Assembly (NCBI GenBank): GCA_038231435.1
Contig: JBBRLJ010000026.1
Location: 4,991 to 68,990 of the forward strand
Source: Planctomycetota bacterium
GTDB taxonomy: Bacteria; Planctomycetota; UBA11346
Length of the DNA stretch: 64,000 nt
Direction: 5' to 3'
Below are positions 50,894 to 59,161 of this stretch, piece after piece. Numbering within the stretch: position 1 is the stretch's first letter; each line of letters opens with the position of its first letter. Position numbers and translations under genes: made by a program. The notes beneath the pieces are model-generated. The model was given only the letters and a program-made list of their open reading frames with translations, was not told the origin of the DNA and did not search any database.

Positions 50894-51546
50894 TGGACGT
50901 TCTCCCAGGTGCGGATGTCGTCCTTCGCCGGATCGTCGAGCTTCTCGTCGGCGCCATCCTTGCCCGCCGACCACACGCCGATGCCGCCAGCCGCCTTGAG
51001 CGGATCGGCGAATGCGGTGGCGTTGGTCACCGCCACGTGCGCGGTGGGCGGCGAGCCGTAACGGACATCCTCCGAGAAGACGATGCGCAGCGGGCGGCGC
51101 CAGGCATCGACGATGCGTCCGGTGGTCTCGTCGAAGTTGCGCTTCGGGAGGGACATGCCGGTGGCTGCGTAGAGGCCCTTGTAGCCCGAGGCCACCACCG
51201 CGGCGGTGTATTGCTCGGCGGCGCTGAGCACAGTGTTCTCGAGCGCGGGGCTGCCGTCGACCAGGCCGTCGTGGTTGACGTCCCAGATGCGGTAGATGCG
51301 CTTGCCAGTGGACTCGGTGACGGTCAGGGATTGCTGGCTCGCCGAGACGATGGTGGTGACCACTGCGTGCACCAGAGTCGCGGTGCCCGAGACCCGCGAG
51401 CGCTCGCGCATCGAGGACATCACCGGAAACATCATCGCCATCATCAAGGCGATGATCGAGATCACGACGATCATCTCCACCATGGTGAAGCCAGACGTGG
51501 TGATCCCCGAGATGGCGGGGGCTGGGCTGCGCATACCTAAAAGCAT
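50890..51546 (-). CDS. prepilin-type N-terminal domain protein (pseudopilin-like, about 218 aa); first gene of the operon
   Basis: ...SGITTSGFTMVEMIVVISIIALMMAMMFPV. Start at Met92 (51546) or Met96 (51534) of the annotated ORF. The upstream extension is Ala/Pro/Ser-rich. Confidence 0.65.
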   Translation of the reverse strand: MLLGMRSPAPAISGITTSGFTMVEMIVVISIIALMMAMMFPVMSSMRERSRVSGTATLVHAVVTTIVSASQQSLTVTESTGKRIYRIWDVNHDGLVDGSPALENTVLSAAEQYTAAVVASGYKGLYAATGMSLPKRNFDETTGRIVDAWRRPLRIVFSEDVRYGSPPTAHVAVTNATAFADPLKAAGGIGVWSAGKDGADEKLDDPAKDDIRTWENVQ

Positions 51547-51884
51547 GCATGAAAGACGGGGTTTGGAATGGATACCGGACACCGCTCCGGACATGCGGTT
51601 CACATGCCGGGCGGCGTTCGGCCGGGCGGCCAGGCGGGCCAAGGCGTTACATTCCCCGAAGGCGATCGACGCTGGACCCGGAAGGGTTTGAACAGACCCA
51701 TCGAGGACCGTTGGCAGCTGTGAAACGGCCGCGGATCCGTCACCTGGATGTGCCGACGGAACCACGCTCGGCCGTGCCGCCGATCTGCTATTAGGTAAAT
51801 TATTGCGGTTTTGACCCACGGCCCGTCAGGGCTCGGGCGACGGTGGAGCTTGCTGCACGCTGCTATGGTCTACGGTCTACGGCG

Positions 51885-52913
51885 ATGGGAAAGCGCCCGA
51901 TTTCGCAAGACGACCTGGCCAGACGCCTGGGCCTCACCCAGATGACGGTGTCGCTCGCGCTCAGCGGCAAGGGCCGGGTCGCGGTCGAGACCCGCGAGCG
52001 CGTCGCCGCGCTCGCCACCAAGCTCGGCTACCGGCCGAATTCCATGGCGCGGCGCGTGCACGAAGGGCGCTACCGTGGACTGGCCCTGCTCGGCAGCGCG
52101 TCGCGTCCCGCCTTCAATGTCTGGGATCAGGACTTCCACATGAGCGTCGGCGCCGCGCTCGCTGAACGCTCGTGGCACCTCACCGAAAGCTGGCTGCCGG
52201 GCGAGGGGCTCGCCGATCCCGCCACCGTCACCGGGCTGCTCGATCGCCTGCTCGCCGACGCCGTGCTGGTGCACGACGTGGGACCGCAGCCGCCGGTGGT
52301 CGAGGCGCTGCTTGAACGCCACCGCGTGCCCGCGGTGTGGGTCAACACCGGCCGCGCTTCCGACGCGGTTGATTTCGCCGACGCCCAGGCCGGTGCCGAC
52401 GCGATCGCTCACCTGCTCGCCCAGGGATATCGCCAGCCGGCGATGGTTCTCGACAGTCCTCCCGACAACGCCGGCGCGCACGTCAGCCAGGGCCTGCGCG
52501 CCGAAGGCTGGCGCCGCGGCTGCGTGGAAGCAGGCATCGCGCCGCGCTTCGTGCATCCCGAGCCGGTGGAGGCCTGGCGCATGGAGCTCACCAGCGCGCT
52601 GCGCCAGGCGCTCGCGGGGAACGACCGGCCCGATGCCATCGCGTGCTACAGCTACAAGGTGCTGTTCGTGGCGCGGCTGGTGTCGGCCGATCTCGGCCTG
52701 CGCATCGGGCGCGATCTCGGACTGATGTGCTTCGCCAAGGCAGCCGACGCGGAGATCGACCGCGCTTACACCGTGTGCGCGCAGGATTACCAGGCGATGG
52801 CGCGCGAGGCGGTGGCGATGGCGTGGCGACGGCTCGATACCGGAAAGGTCCAGCCGAAGGTGCTGATCCCCATGCCCTTGATGAAGCACGGCACCACCGA
52901 TCGATCCAGCTGA
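51885..52913 (+). CDS. LacI-family transcriptional regulator
   Basis: N-terminal HTH ISQDDLARRLGLTQMTVSLALSGKGRVAVETRERVAALATKLGYRPNSMARR, then a periplasmic-binding-protein-like sugar-binding core. Confidence 0.8.
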   Translation: MGKRPISQDDLARRLGLTQMTVSLALSGKGRVAVETRERVAALATKLGYRPNSMARRVHEGRYRGLALLGSASRPAFNVWDQDFHMSVGAALAERSWHLTESWLPGEGLADPATVTGLLDRLLADAVLVHDVGPQPPVVEALLERHRVPAVWVNTGRASDAVDFADAQAGADAIAHLLAQGYRQPAMVLDSPPDNAGAHVSQGLRAEGWRRGCVEAGIAPRFVHPEPVEAWRMELTSALRQALAGNDRPDAIACYSYKVLFVARLVSADLGLRIGRDLGLMCFAKAADAEIDRAYTVCAQDYQAMAREAVAMAWRRLDTGKVQPKVLIPMPLMKHGTTDRSS

Positions 52914-52989
52914 GCCGCGAGCCGATGGGCGGACAACTGCTGGAATTCCCACGGGGCTCCTGTCACCCGAACTCACGCGAGCCCGTGAC

Positions 52990-54435
52990 CTAGCCCGCGT
53001 ACACCACGATGCGACGCAACACCGGCGCCGCCTGGCTCGCGAGGATGCGCACGCGAATGCGTCGCGAGTGGAAGGGCGGCAGACGCAGGATGCGCTGTGC
53101 TCCGATGGTGGTGCCGCGCGCGATCTCGGTCCAGGCGTTGCCGTATTCGGCCTCGACCACGAACGCCTCGACGCGCTGGCCGAAGCGGATCTCCTCCTCG
53201 ATGCGGATGCCTCCCACCGTCGCTTCGTCGGCGAAATCGATCTGGATGGTCGCTGTCGTCGCGGCTGCCGCCCACCAGCGCGGACCGGCTCCGCCCGGGC
53301 CAGCGGTCAGCGCCTGCGCGTCTGAGCTGCCGGGCTGATCCACGCTCACTGGCATGCCGGTGGAGAGGTCGCGCGCGGTGAAGGCGTCGACCAGGCGCTT
53401 GAAACCAGCGAGTTCGGCGACATCCGCCTCAGGGATCAGCCCGCGACGATCCGGGGTGAGGTTCAGGAGCATCGACGCGCCGTGTCCCACCGATGCCAGC
53501 CACAGGCCGAAGAGCTGCTCGGCGGATTTCGGCCGCTCGGATGCGTGCCAGAACCAGCCCGGGCGGATGCTGACGTCGCACTCGGCCGGGCGCCACAGCG
53601 TGCCGTCGGCATCGCCGTGCGCGAGACGCTCCAGATGGTCGACCTGTCCGGGCGCGATGCCCTCGGGCCGCTGCCGGCACCAGTTGGTGACCCCCGCGAC
53701 GCCGCGCTCGTTGCCGACCCAACGGATGTCGGGACCCGCGTCGGTGAACAGCACCGCATCGGGCTGGAGACGATGACATTCCGCCCACAGTTCCGGGAAG
53801 CGGTAATAGCTGGCGCGATCGATCGAGCGCTTCTCGCGCGCGCCTCCGTAGTACCCGTCGCCGCCGTTGGCACCGTCGAACCACACCTCGCACACGTCGC
53901 CATAGCGGGTCAGCAGCTCGGCCACCTGCCGGTGGTAGGTGGCGACATACTCGGGGCCGCCGTACGCCGCATGGTTGCGGTCCCATGGCGAGCAATAGAT
54001 GCCGAAGCCCAGGTCGGCCGCGCGGCACGCCGCCGCGAGCTCGGCCGCCACGTCGCCACGGCCGTCGCGCCACGGCGAGCGCGCGACCGAGTGGGTGGTG
54101 GTCGCGGTCGGCCACAGGCAGAATCCATCGTGGTGCTTGGCGGTGAGGATGAGCGCCTTCAATCCGCCCGCCTTGGCGGCGGCGACCCACTGCCCGCAGT
54201 CGAGTGCGCTCGGCGCGAACAGCGCCGGATCCTCGTCACCAAAGCCCCACTCGCTGTCGGTGAAGGTGTTCATGGTGAAATGCACGAAGCCGTAGAGCTC
54301 GCGACCGTGCCAGGCGAGCTGGCGCGCGCTCGGCACCGGGCCATGGGCGGCCCGAGTGGCGGCGGACTCGGGCCTGGGAGCGGGCTTCTGAGGGGACATG
54401 AGTACTGGAGCCGGATTGCTGACGGTCGTAGACAT
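52990..54435 (-). CDS. alpha-L-fucosidase (glycoside hydrolase family 29)
   Basis: ARQLAWHGRELYGFVHFTMNTFTDSEWGFGDEDPALF...LKALILTAKHHDGFCLWPT...EVWFDGANGG matches GH29 catalytic-domain signatures. C-terminal beta-sandwich. Confidence 0.8.
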   Translation of the reverse strand: MSTTVSNPAPVLMSPQKPAPRPESAATRAAHGPVPSARQLAWHGRELYGFVHFTMNTFTDSEWGFGDEDPALFAPSALDCGQWVAAAKAGGLKALILTAKHHDGFCLWPTATTTHSVARSPWRDGRGDVAAELAAACRAADLGFGIYCSPWDRNHAAYGGPEYVATYHRQVAELLTRYGDVCEVWFDGANGGDGYYGGAREKRSIDRASYYRFPELWAECHRLQPDAVLFTDAGPDIRWVGNERGVAGVTNWCRQRPEGIAPGQVDHLERLAHGDADGTLWRPAECDVSIRPGWFWHASERPKSAEQLFGLWLASVGHGASMLLNLTPDRRGLIPEADVAELAGFKRLVDAFTARDLSTGMPVSVDQPGSSDAQALTAGPGGAGPRWWAAAATTATIQIDFADEATVGGIRIEEEIRFGQRVEAFVVEAEYGNAWTEIARGTTIGAQRILRLPPFHSRRIRVRILASQAAPVLRRIVVYAG

Positions 54436-54485
54436 GATGATTCCCTCGCTGCCGCGCAGGCTAGCGTCCGGGTGGCGGGGGAACC

Positions 54486-55385
54486 ATGGCGGCCTTGCAT
54501 CTGGATGTGTCGTTTCCGCTCTTCCACGGCGGATCCACCGCAGCGGTCACCGATCGGTTGCGCCTGCGCCTGCTGCACCTCGGCGGCACCCTGGTCGACG
54601 AGGGCTGGGGCAGCGCCGACTTCGCCGCGCCCTACTGGCGCGCCTACCTGAATCTCGACGACGGCATCGAGGTCCGCGCGCGCGGCGGGCCGGCCATCCA
54701 GCTGCGCGCCGGGCATCTCTACATAATCCCGGCGTGGCTGTCGTGGGCGGGCCGCTGTCGTGGCCGGGTGCGCCATCTCAACGCGTCGATCGAATTGCCC
54801 AACCTGCCGCGCGATCGCGTGACAGCCCGCTGCAACCGTGTCCTCCACCTCGGCGGTCCGGGTGCCGCGCTGCCGGACGACTGGCTGCGCCTGGGTATCG
54901 AACTGGCGGGGGCGGACCAGCCTGGCGCGGCCCGGATCGCTCGCGGCTACGCGCTCGCCTACGAGGCCATCGCCGCTGCGTTCGTGCAACTGGGGAAGGA
55001 CGGCGACGCGATGCTCGCCGCCCCAGGCGAGGCGCTGCTCGCCGACACCGTGGCCTGGATCGAGCGCAACTTATCGGACCACCTCGCGGCCGATCGCCTG
55101 GCCAAGGTCGCGGGTTGCAGCCGCGCCGAGCTGGTGCGGCGTTTCCGCTCAGCCTACGGAACGTCGCCGGCGCGCTGGATCCGCCAGCGGCGCATCGCGG
55201 TGGCCGCGGATGCCCTGCGCTGTACTGACGACGGCATCGACGAGATCGCCCGGCGCTGCGGCTTCAGTGACCGCAGCCGCTTCAGCAAGGTCTTCGCCTC
55301 GATGTTCGGACGCGGTCCCGCCGCGTGGCGGAAGCAGGAACGCGCGCGCTACGGACAGGTCATGGGCGGCGCCCCCAAACCCTGA
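54486..55385 (+). CDS. AraC/XylS-family transcriptional regulator
   Basis: C-terminal double HTH (LAKVAGCSRAELVRRFRSAYGTSPARWIRQRRIAVAADAL...IDEIARRCGFSDRSRFSKVFASMFGRGPAAWRK). N-terminal cupin-like sensing domain. Confidence 0.75.
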   Translation: MAALHLDVSFPLFHGGSTAAVTDRLRLRLLHLGGTLVDEGWGSADFAAPYWRAYLNLDDGIEVRARGGPAIQLRAGHLYIIPAWLSWAGRCRGRVRHLNASIELPNLPRDRVTARCNRVLHLGGPGAALPDDWLRLGIELAGADQPGAARIARGYALAYEAIAAAFVQLGKDGDAMLAAPGEALLADTVAWIERNLSDHLAADRLAKVAGCSRAELVRRFRSAYGTSPARWIRQRRIAVAADALRCTDDGIDEIARRCGFSDRSRFSKVFASMFGRGPAAWRKQERARYGQVMGGAPKP

Positions 55386-55454
55386 TAGCGCGATAACAGC
55401 AGCGCGATCACTGCGCAAAACTCTGCACGATGGCAGCGATGCCGACAACGCGCT

Positions 55455-56030
55455 TCAGGGCGGTGATTCTTGGGACAGCCACCACAGCCCTGCGTAGACC
55501 TTGTGGTCGATCAGCATCCCCTCGCGCGAGCGCTCCTCGAGCCACGCCACGATGCCGGCGAGCGGAACCCGATGCACGGTGATGTCCTCGCCGGCGACCC
55601 CACCTCCGGCACCCATCTGCACGAGACCGCGCGCGCGGATCAGCGTGGTCACCTCGCTGGTCAGCCCGGCCGATGACGGACCGCGCGCGAGCTGGCGCAG
55701 GTCCTTGGAGGTCCAGCCGGTTTCCTCCTCGAGCTCGCGGGCGGCGGCGACGAGCAGGTCCTCGTTGGCCTGCTCGTCGCCGACCAGGCCTGCGGGCAGC
55801 TCGATGACGCGGGCGTCCACGGGGATGCGCCGCTGCTCGACCAGCAGCAGCTCGCGCGCCGGTGTCACCGCGATCACGCCGACCACCGCGGTGGCGTTCT
55901 TGCGCCGGACGAACTCCCAGTGGTCGCGGCGCACCACCTCGATGAACTTCCCCGCATGCAGCACGGTAGGCGGATCTGTCTGGGGATCTGTCTGGGGATC
56001 TGTCTTGCGATCGGTCCTACGAACGGTCAT
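55455..56030 (-). CDS. NUDIX hydrolase (ADP-ribose pyrophosphatase-like); last gene of the nrtR operon
   Basis: Nudix box ELPAGLVGDEQANEDLLVAAARELEEETG. The N-terminus carries (TDPQ)n encoded by a 12-bp tandem repeat. Confidence 0.7.
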   Translation of the reverse strand: MTVRRTDRKTDPQTDPQTDPPTVLHAGKFIEVVRRDHWEFVRRKNATAVVGVIAVTPARELLLVEQRRIPVDARVIELPAGLVGDEQANEDLLVAAARELEEETGWTSKDLRQLARGPSSAGLTSEVTTLIRARGLVQMGAGGGVAGEDITVHRVPLAGIVAWLEERSREGMLIDHKVYAGLWWLSQESPP

Positions 56031-57052
56031 GGCCTCTCTCCTTCCGACAACTCGTCGGCAATGCGTCGTTGGGCGGCGACCGGCTCCGCGCCCGCGAGCG
56101 GGCCGAGCAGGGGATCGATGGCCGCCACTGCCGCCTGGTAACGTTGCTCGCGATCCCCGCGGATCACCACGTACCGCCTGCCGTGCGCCTCAAGCGCCCC
56201 GCGGCAGCGCTCCATGAACTCCTGGCGGCGGTGCGGCATGTCGCGCTGCCGGTCATCGACCCACGGCACGTCGATATCGCAGAGCAGGTAGAGATCGTGC
56301 GTCCGCTTGCGCGCGAGATCCACGAGCCAGGGCGGCGTACGCCCGAAGTAGACGTCGCTCCAGATGGTGGTGGTCAGGGTGTCGGTGTCGCAGATCAGCA
56401 CCCGGTTCGCCTGACGCGCGAGCGCGTCTTCGCTCGCTGCCTGGCCGAGCCCGATGAGCTCGATGTCGCGCTCGACGCAGGCGCCGCCGTTCGGATCGAG
56501 GTGCCCACGCGCCCATTCCGGCACCCACACCGTGCGGAAGTGCGCGGCGAGTCGCGCGGCCAGGGTGGTCTTGCCGGTGGATTCGGGGCCGAAGCACACC
56601 ACGCGCCGGCAGTACCACGGCCGCACCACGTCGGGGAGATGCGCCCAGTGGGCGTAGGGATCCGCGCGCATCGCCGTGCCCGACACCGGCACGCCGTGGC
56701 GCTGCGCATCGGCGACCACGTGCACGGCGCCGACGCGGCGCGCGAGCTCGGGGCCGTAGGCCTCGCTGGTGAACACCGCGTCGATCCCACCTGGCACCAC
56801 GCGGCGGATGACCTCGAGCCAGATCGCCCAGAACTCCGGATGCGCCTCGGGTGCATCGGGCAGGTCGTCGGGGATGTGCACCACGTCGCACCCCGGCAGC
56901 ATCGCGCGCATCCAGGCGTGGCGGCAGTGGCCGGGCAGCTCCTGGCCGGGCTTGCTGCACACCAGCACGCTCACGCGCCGGCAGCAGCCCGCGGCGAACT
57001 CGGCGAGATAGCGGTGCCCCTGGGTCGGGGGCATGAACTTGCCGAGGATCAT
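56027..57052 (-). CDS. nadR: NadR-like bifunctional NMN adenylyltransferase / ribosylnicotinamide kinase (no HTH domain)
   Basis: ORF trimmed to MILGKFMPPTQGHRYL (nucleotidyltransferase (H/T)xGH motif). P-loop kinase VVCFGPESTGKTTLAARLA. Confidence 0.75.
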   Translation of the reverse strand: MILGKFMPPTQGHRYLAEFAAGCCRRVSVLVCSKPGQELPGHCRHAWMRAMLPGCDVVHIPDDLPDAPEAHPEFWAIWLEVIRRVVPGGIDAVFTSEAYGPELARRVGAVHVVADAQRHGVPVSGTAMRADPYAHWAHLPDVVRPWYCRRVVCFGPESTGKTTLAARLAAHFRTVWVPEWARGHLDPNGGACVERDIELIGLGQAASEDALARQANRVLICDTDTLTTTIWSDVYFGRTPPWLVDLARKRTHDLYLLCDIDVPWVDDRQRDMPHRRQEFMERCRGALEAHGRRYVVIRGDREQRYQAAVAAIDPLLGPLAGAEPVAAQRRIADELSEGERP

Positions 57053-57078
57053 GCCACGGCCGAAGAGCGGCGGGCTGG

Positions 57079-57765
57079 TCACTGGCCCCCCGCTACCGGG
57101 GAGCCGACGGATACTCGGGCAGATGCTGGAGCTGATGCGCGGCTCTGCCACGAGTCCCGCCAGGTCTTCCGCCATGCGACCAACCCATAGACGCACAACG
57201 CCAGGAACACCGCGTACAGGCCAGCGGTCAGGTAGAAGCCCTTGCCCGCGAACAGCGGGATCGAGATGCAGTCGACCTGGATCCACACGTACCAGTTCTC
57301 GAGCTTCTTCTTCGAGATCATCCACTGCGCGATCAGGCTGAGCACCGTGGGGATGGCGTCGCACCAGGGCGTGGTGGAATCGGTCCAGCGCGCGAGGCCG
57401 AATGCGATCGGCACCACCGCCACTGCGGCGATCGCCGCCAGCACCGACCACGTCCGCATCGAGGTGCGGCTGATGACCACGCCCCTGTGCTGGTCACCGC
57501 CGCGCACCCATTGCCACCAGCCATAGATCTGCAGCACCACGTACACCACCTGCAGCGCGGTCTCGGCGTAGAGCTTGCCGTGCCAGAACAGCGCGATGTA
57601 CAGCGCGACGTTGACCAGCCCCGTGGGCCAGCTCCACACGTGCTCCTTCACGTAGAACCACACCGAGAGCAGGCCGAACACCGTCGCCGCCACCTCGAGC
57701 GGGCTCATCGGCACCGTCGCGGCGATGTTGGTCAGCATCCAAGCCGAGAATTCCGCGCCGGTCAT
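57079..57765 (-). CDS. pnuC: nicotinamide riboside transporter PnuC
   Basis: QIYGWWQWVRG and KLENWYVWIQVDCISIPLF align with the E. coli PnuC motifs (GWYAW; ENWLLWVIINVISVVIF). Seven TM helices. Confidence 0.85.
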   Translation of the reverse strand: MTGAEFSAWMLTNIAATVPMSPLEVAATVFGLLSVWFYVKEHVWSWPTGLVNVALYIALFWHGKLYAETALQVVYVVLQIYGWWQWVRGGDQHRGVVISRTSMRTWSVLAAIAAVAVVPIAFGLARWTDSTTPWCDAIPTVLSLIAQWMISKKKLENWYVWIQVDCISIPLFAGKGFYLTAGLYAVFLALCVYGLVAWRKTWRDSWQSRASAPASARVSVGSPVAGGQ

Positions 57766-58397
57766 CGCGCCTGCTTCAGCGCATCGAGCACCTCGTCCGA
57801 GGTGGTGACCACCCCGCCGGCGGCGCGGATCTCGGCGAACGCGCGCTCGCCGTCGCCCGCGACGATGTCCACGGCGCGGCAGCCGTCAGCGACCACCGCC
57901 ACGCGCAGTCCGAGCGACAGCGCGTCGAGCGCGGTCGCCTTGACGCAGTAATCGGTGGCCAGGCCGACGATCAGCACCTCGTCCACGCCGTGCGCGCCCA
58001 GCCATTCGCCGAGCCCGGTCGAACGAAGCCGGCCGTTGTCGTTGAAGCCGCTGTAGCTGTCGATGGCCCGGTCGGTGCCCTTGTGGAAGACGCGGCCGAT
58101 GCGGCGGCGGTCGAGCAGGGAATGGAACTCCGCCCCGGCCGTGCCCTGCACGCAGTGCGCCGGCCACAGCACCTGGGGCAGGCCGGCGAGCTCGCCAAGC
58201 TCGAATGCCGCCCGTCCCGGATGGTTGACGGCGAAGCTGCCGTGATCGAGCGGATGCCAGTCCTGGGTCGCGACCACCAGCTCGGAGAGTTTCATCAAGC
58301 GGTTGGCGACCGGCACCACCGCGTCGCCATCGCGTACCGCGAGCGCGCCGCCGGGGCAGAAATCGTTCTGGATGTCGACGAGGATCAGCGCGCGCAT
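57762..58397 (-). CDS. pncA: nicotinamidase/pyrazinamidase PncA (isochorismatase family)
   Basis: MRALILVDIQNDFCPGGALAV... Catalytic Cys in VGLATDYCVKATALDA. ATGA overlap with pnuC. Confidence 0.85.
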   Translation of the reverse strand: MRALILVDIQNDFCPGGALAVRDGDAVVPVANRLMKLSELVVATQDWHPLDHGSFAVNHPGRAAFELGELAGLPQVLWPAHCVQGTAGAEFHSLLDRRRIGRVFHKGTDRAIDSYSGFNDNGRLRSTGLGEWLGAHGVDEVLIVGLATDYCVKATALDALSLGLRVAVVADGCRAVDIVAGDGERAFAEIRAAGGVVTTSDEVLDALKQAR

Positions 58398-58430
58398 GGG
58401 ACACCTCTGGTCAAATCGGTGATGGCCGGA

Positions 58431-59120
58431 TCAGATCTCGAAATTGAAGCCCTGCCTGGCGAGACCGCGATACGCGCGTTCATCGAAGCGGTAGAGCCGG
58501 GCCGCGCGATGCGCCACGTCCCGCTCGACTTCGTCGAGCTCCTGGAGGATGCCCAAAGTGAGCACCTTCTTGCGGAAATTGCGCTTATCGAGTTCGCGCT
58601 CGAGGATGGTCTCGTACATGCACTGCAGCTGGGTGAGGGTGAATTTCGGCGGCAGCAGCTCGAAGCCGATCGGCTGGTAGCGCACCTTGGCCTGCAGGCG
58701 CGCAAGCGCCGCCGCTACGATCGCGTCGTGGTCGAACGCCAGCGTCGGCAGATCGTCGACCGCGAACCACGCGGCGCTGCGCGCGTCGGTGGCGGCCTGC
58801 ACGCGGTGGTCCAGCAGCTTGACCAAAGCGTAATAGGCCACGGTGACGACGCGCTCGCGCGGATCGCGGGCGACGGCGCCAAAGGTGTAGAGCTGCTCGA
58901 GATAGACACGCGCCAGTCCGGTCTCCTCGCGGAGCTCGCGCAGGGCCGCCTCCTCGAGCGTCTCATCGACGTGGACGAAGCCGCCCGGCAGCGCCCAGCC
59001 GCCACGGAACGGCTCGATGTCGCGCTGGATGAGCAGCACCTTGAGGTCGGTTTCATCGAAGCCGAAGACCACGCAATCGACGGTCAGCGCGGCCCGGGGA
59101 TGTGCATAGGAGTGGGTCAT
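58431..59120 (-). CDS. nrtR: Nudix-related transcriptional regulator NrtR (Nudix domain plus C-terminal winged helix)
   Basis: Nudix box [30 protein letters not shown]-terminal wHTH-like region ([33 protein letters not shown]). First gene of an NAD-salvage operon. Confidence 0.75.
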   Translation of the reverse strand: MTHSYAHPRAALTVDCVVFGFDETDLKVLLIQRDIEPFRGGWALPGGFVHVDETLEEAALRELREETGLARVYLEQLYTFGAVARDPRERVVTVAYYALVKLLDHRVQAATDARSAAWFAVDDLPTLAFDHDAIVAAALARLQAKVRYQPIGFELLPPKFTLTQLQCMYETILERELDKRNFRKKVLTLGILQELDEVERDVAHRAARLYRFDERAYRGLARQGFNFEI

Positions 59121-59139
59121 GTGCGACTCTGACGACAGA

Positions 59140-59160
59140 TTAGTGTAGTTTATACACTAA
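59140..59160. promoter_or_regulatory. 21-bp palindrome TTAGTGTAgttTATACACTAA, candidate NrtR operator
   Basis: Perfect 8-bp inverted arms, 20-40 bp upstream of the nrtR ATG and 2 bp after the nadE stop. The same half-sites recur at 62708..62728. Confidence 0.5.
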
Positions 59161-59161
59161 G

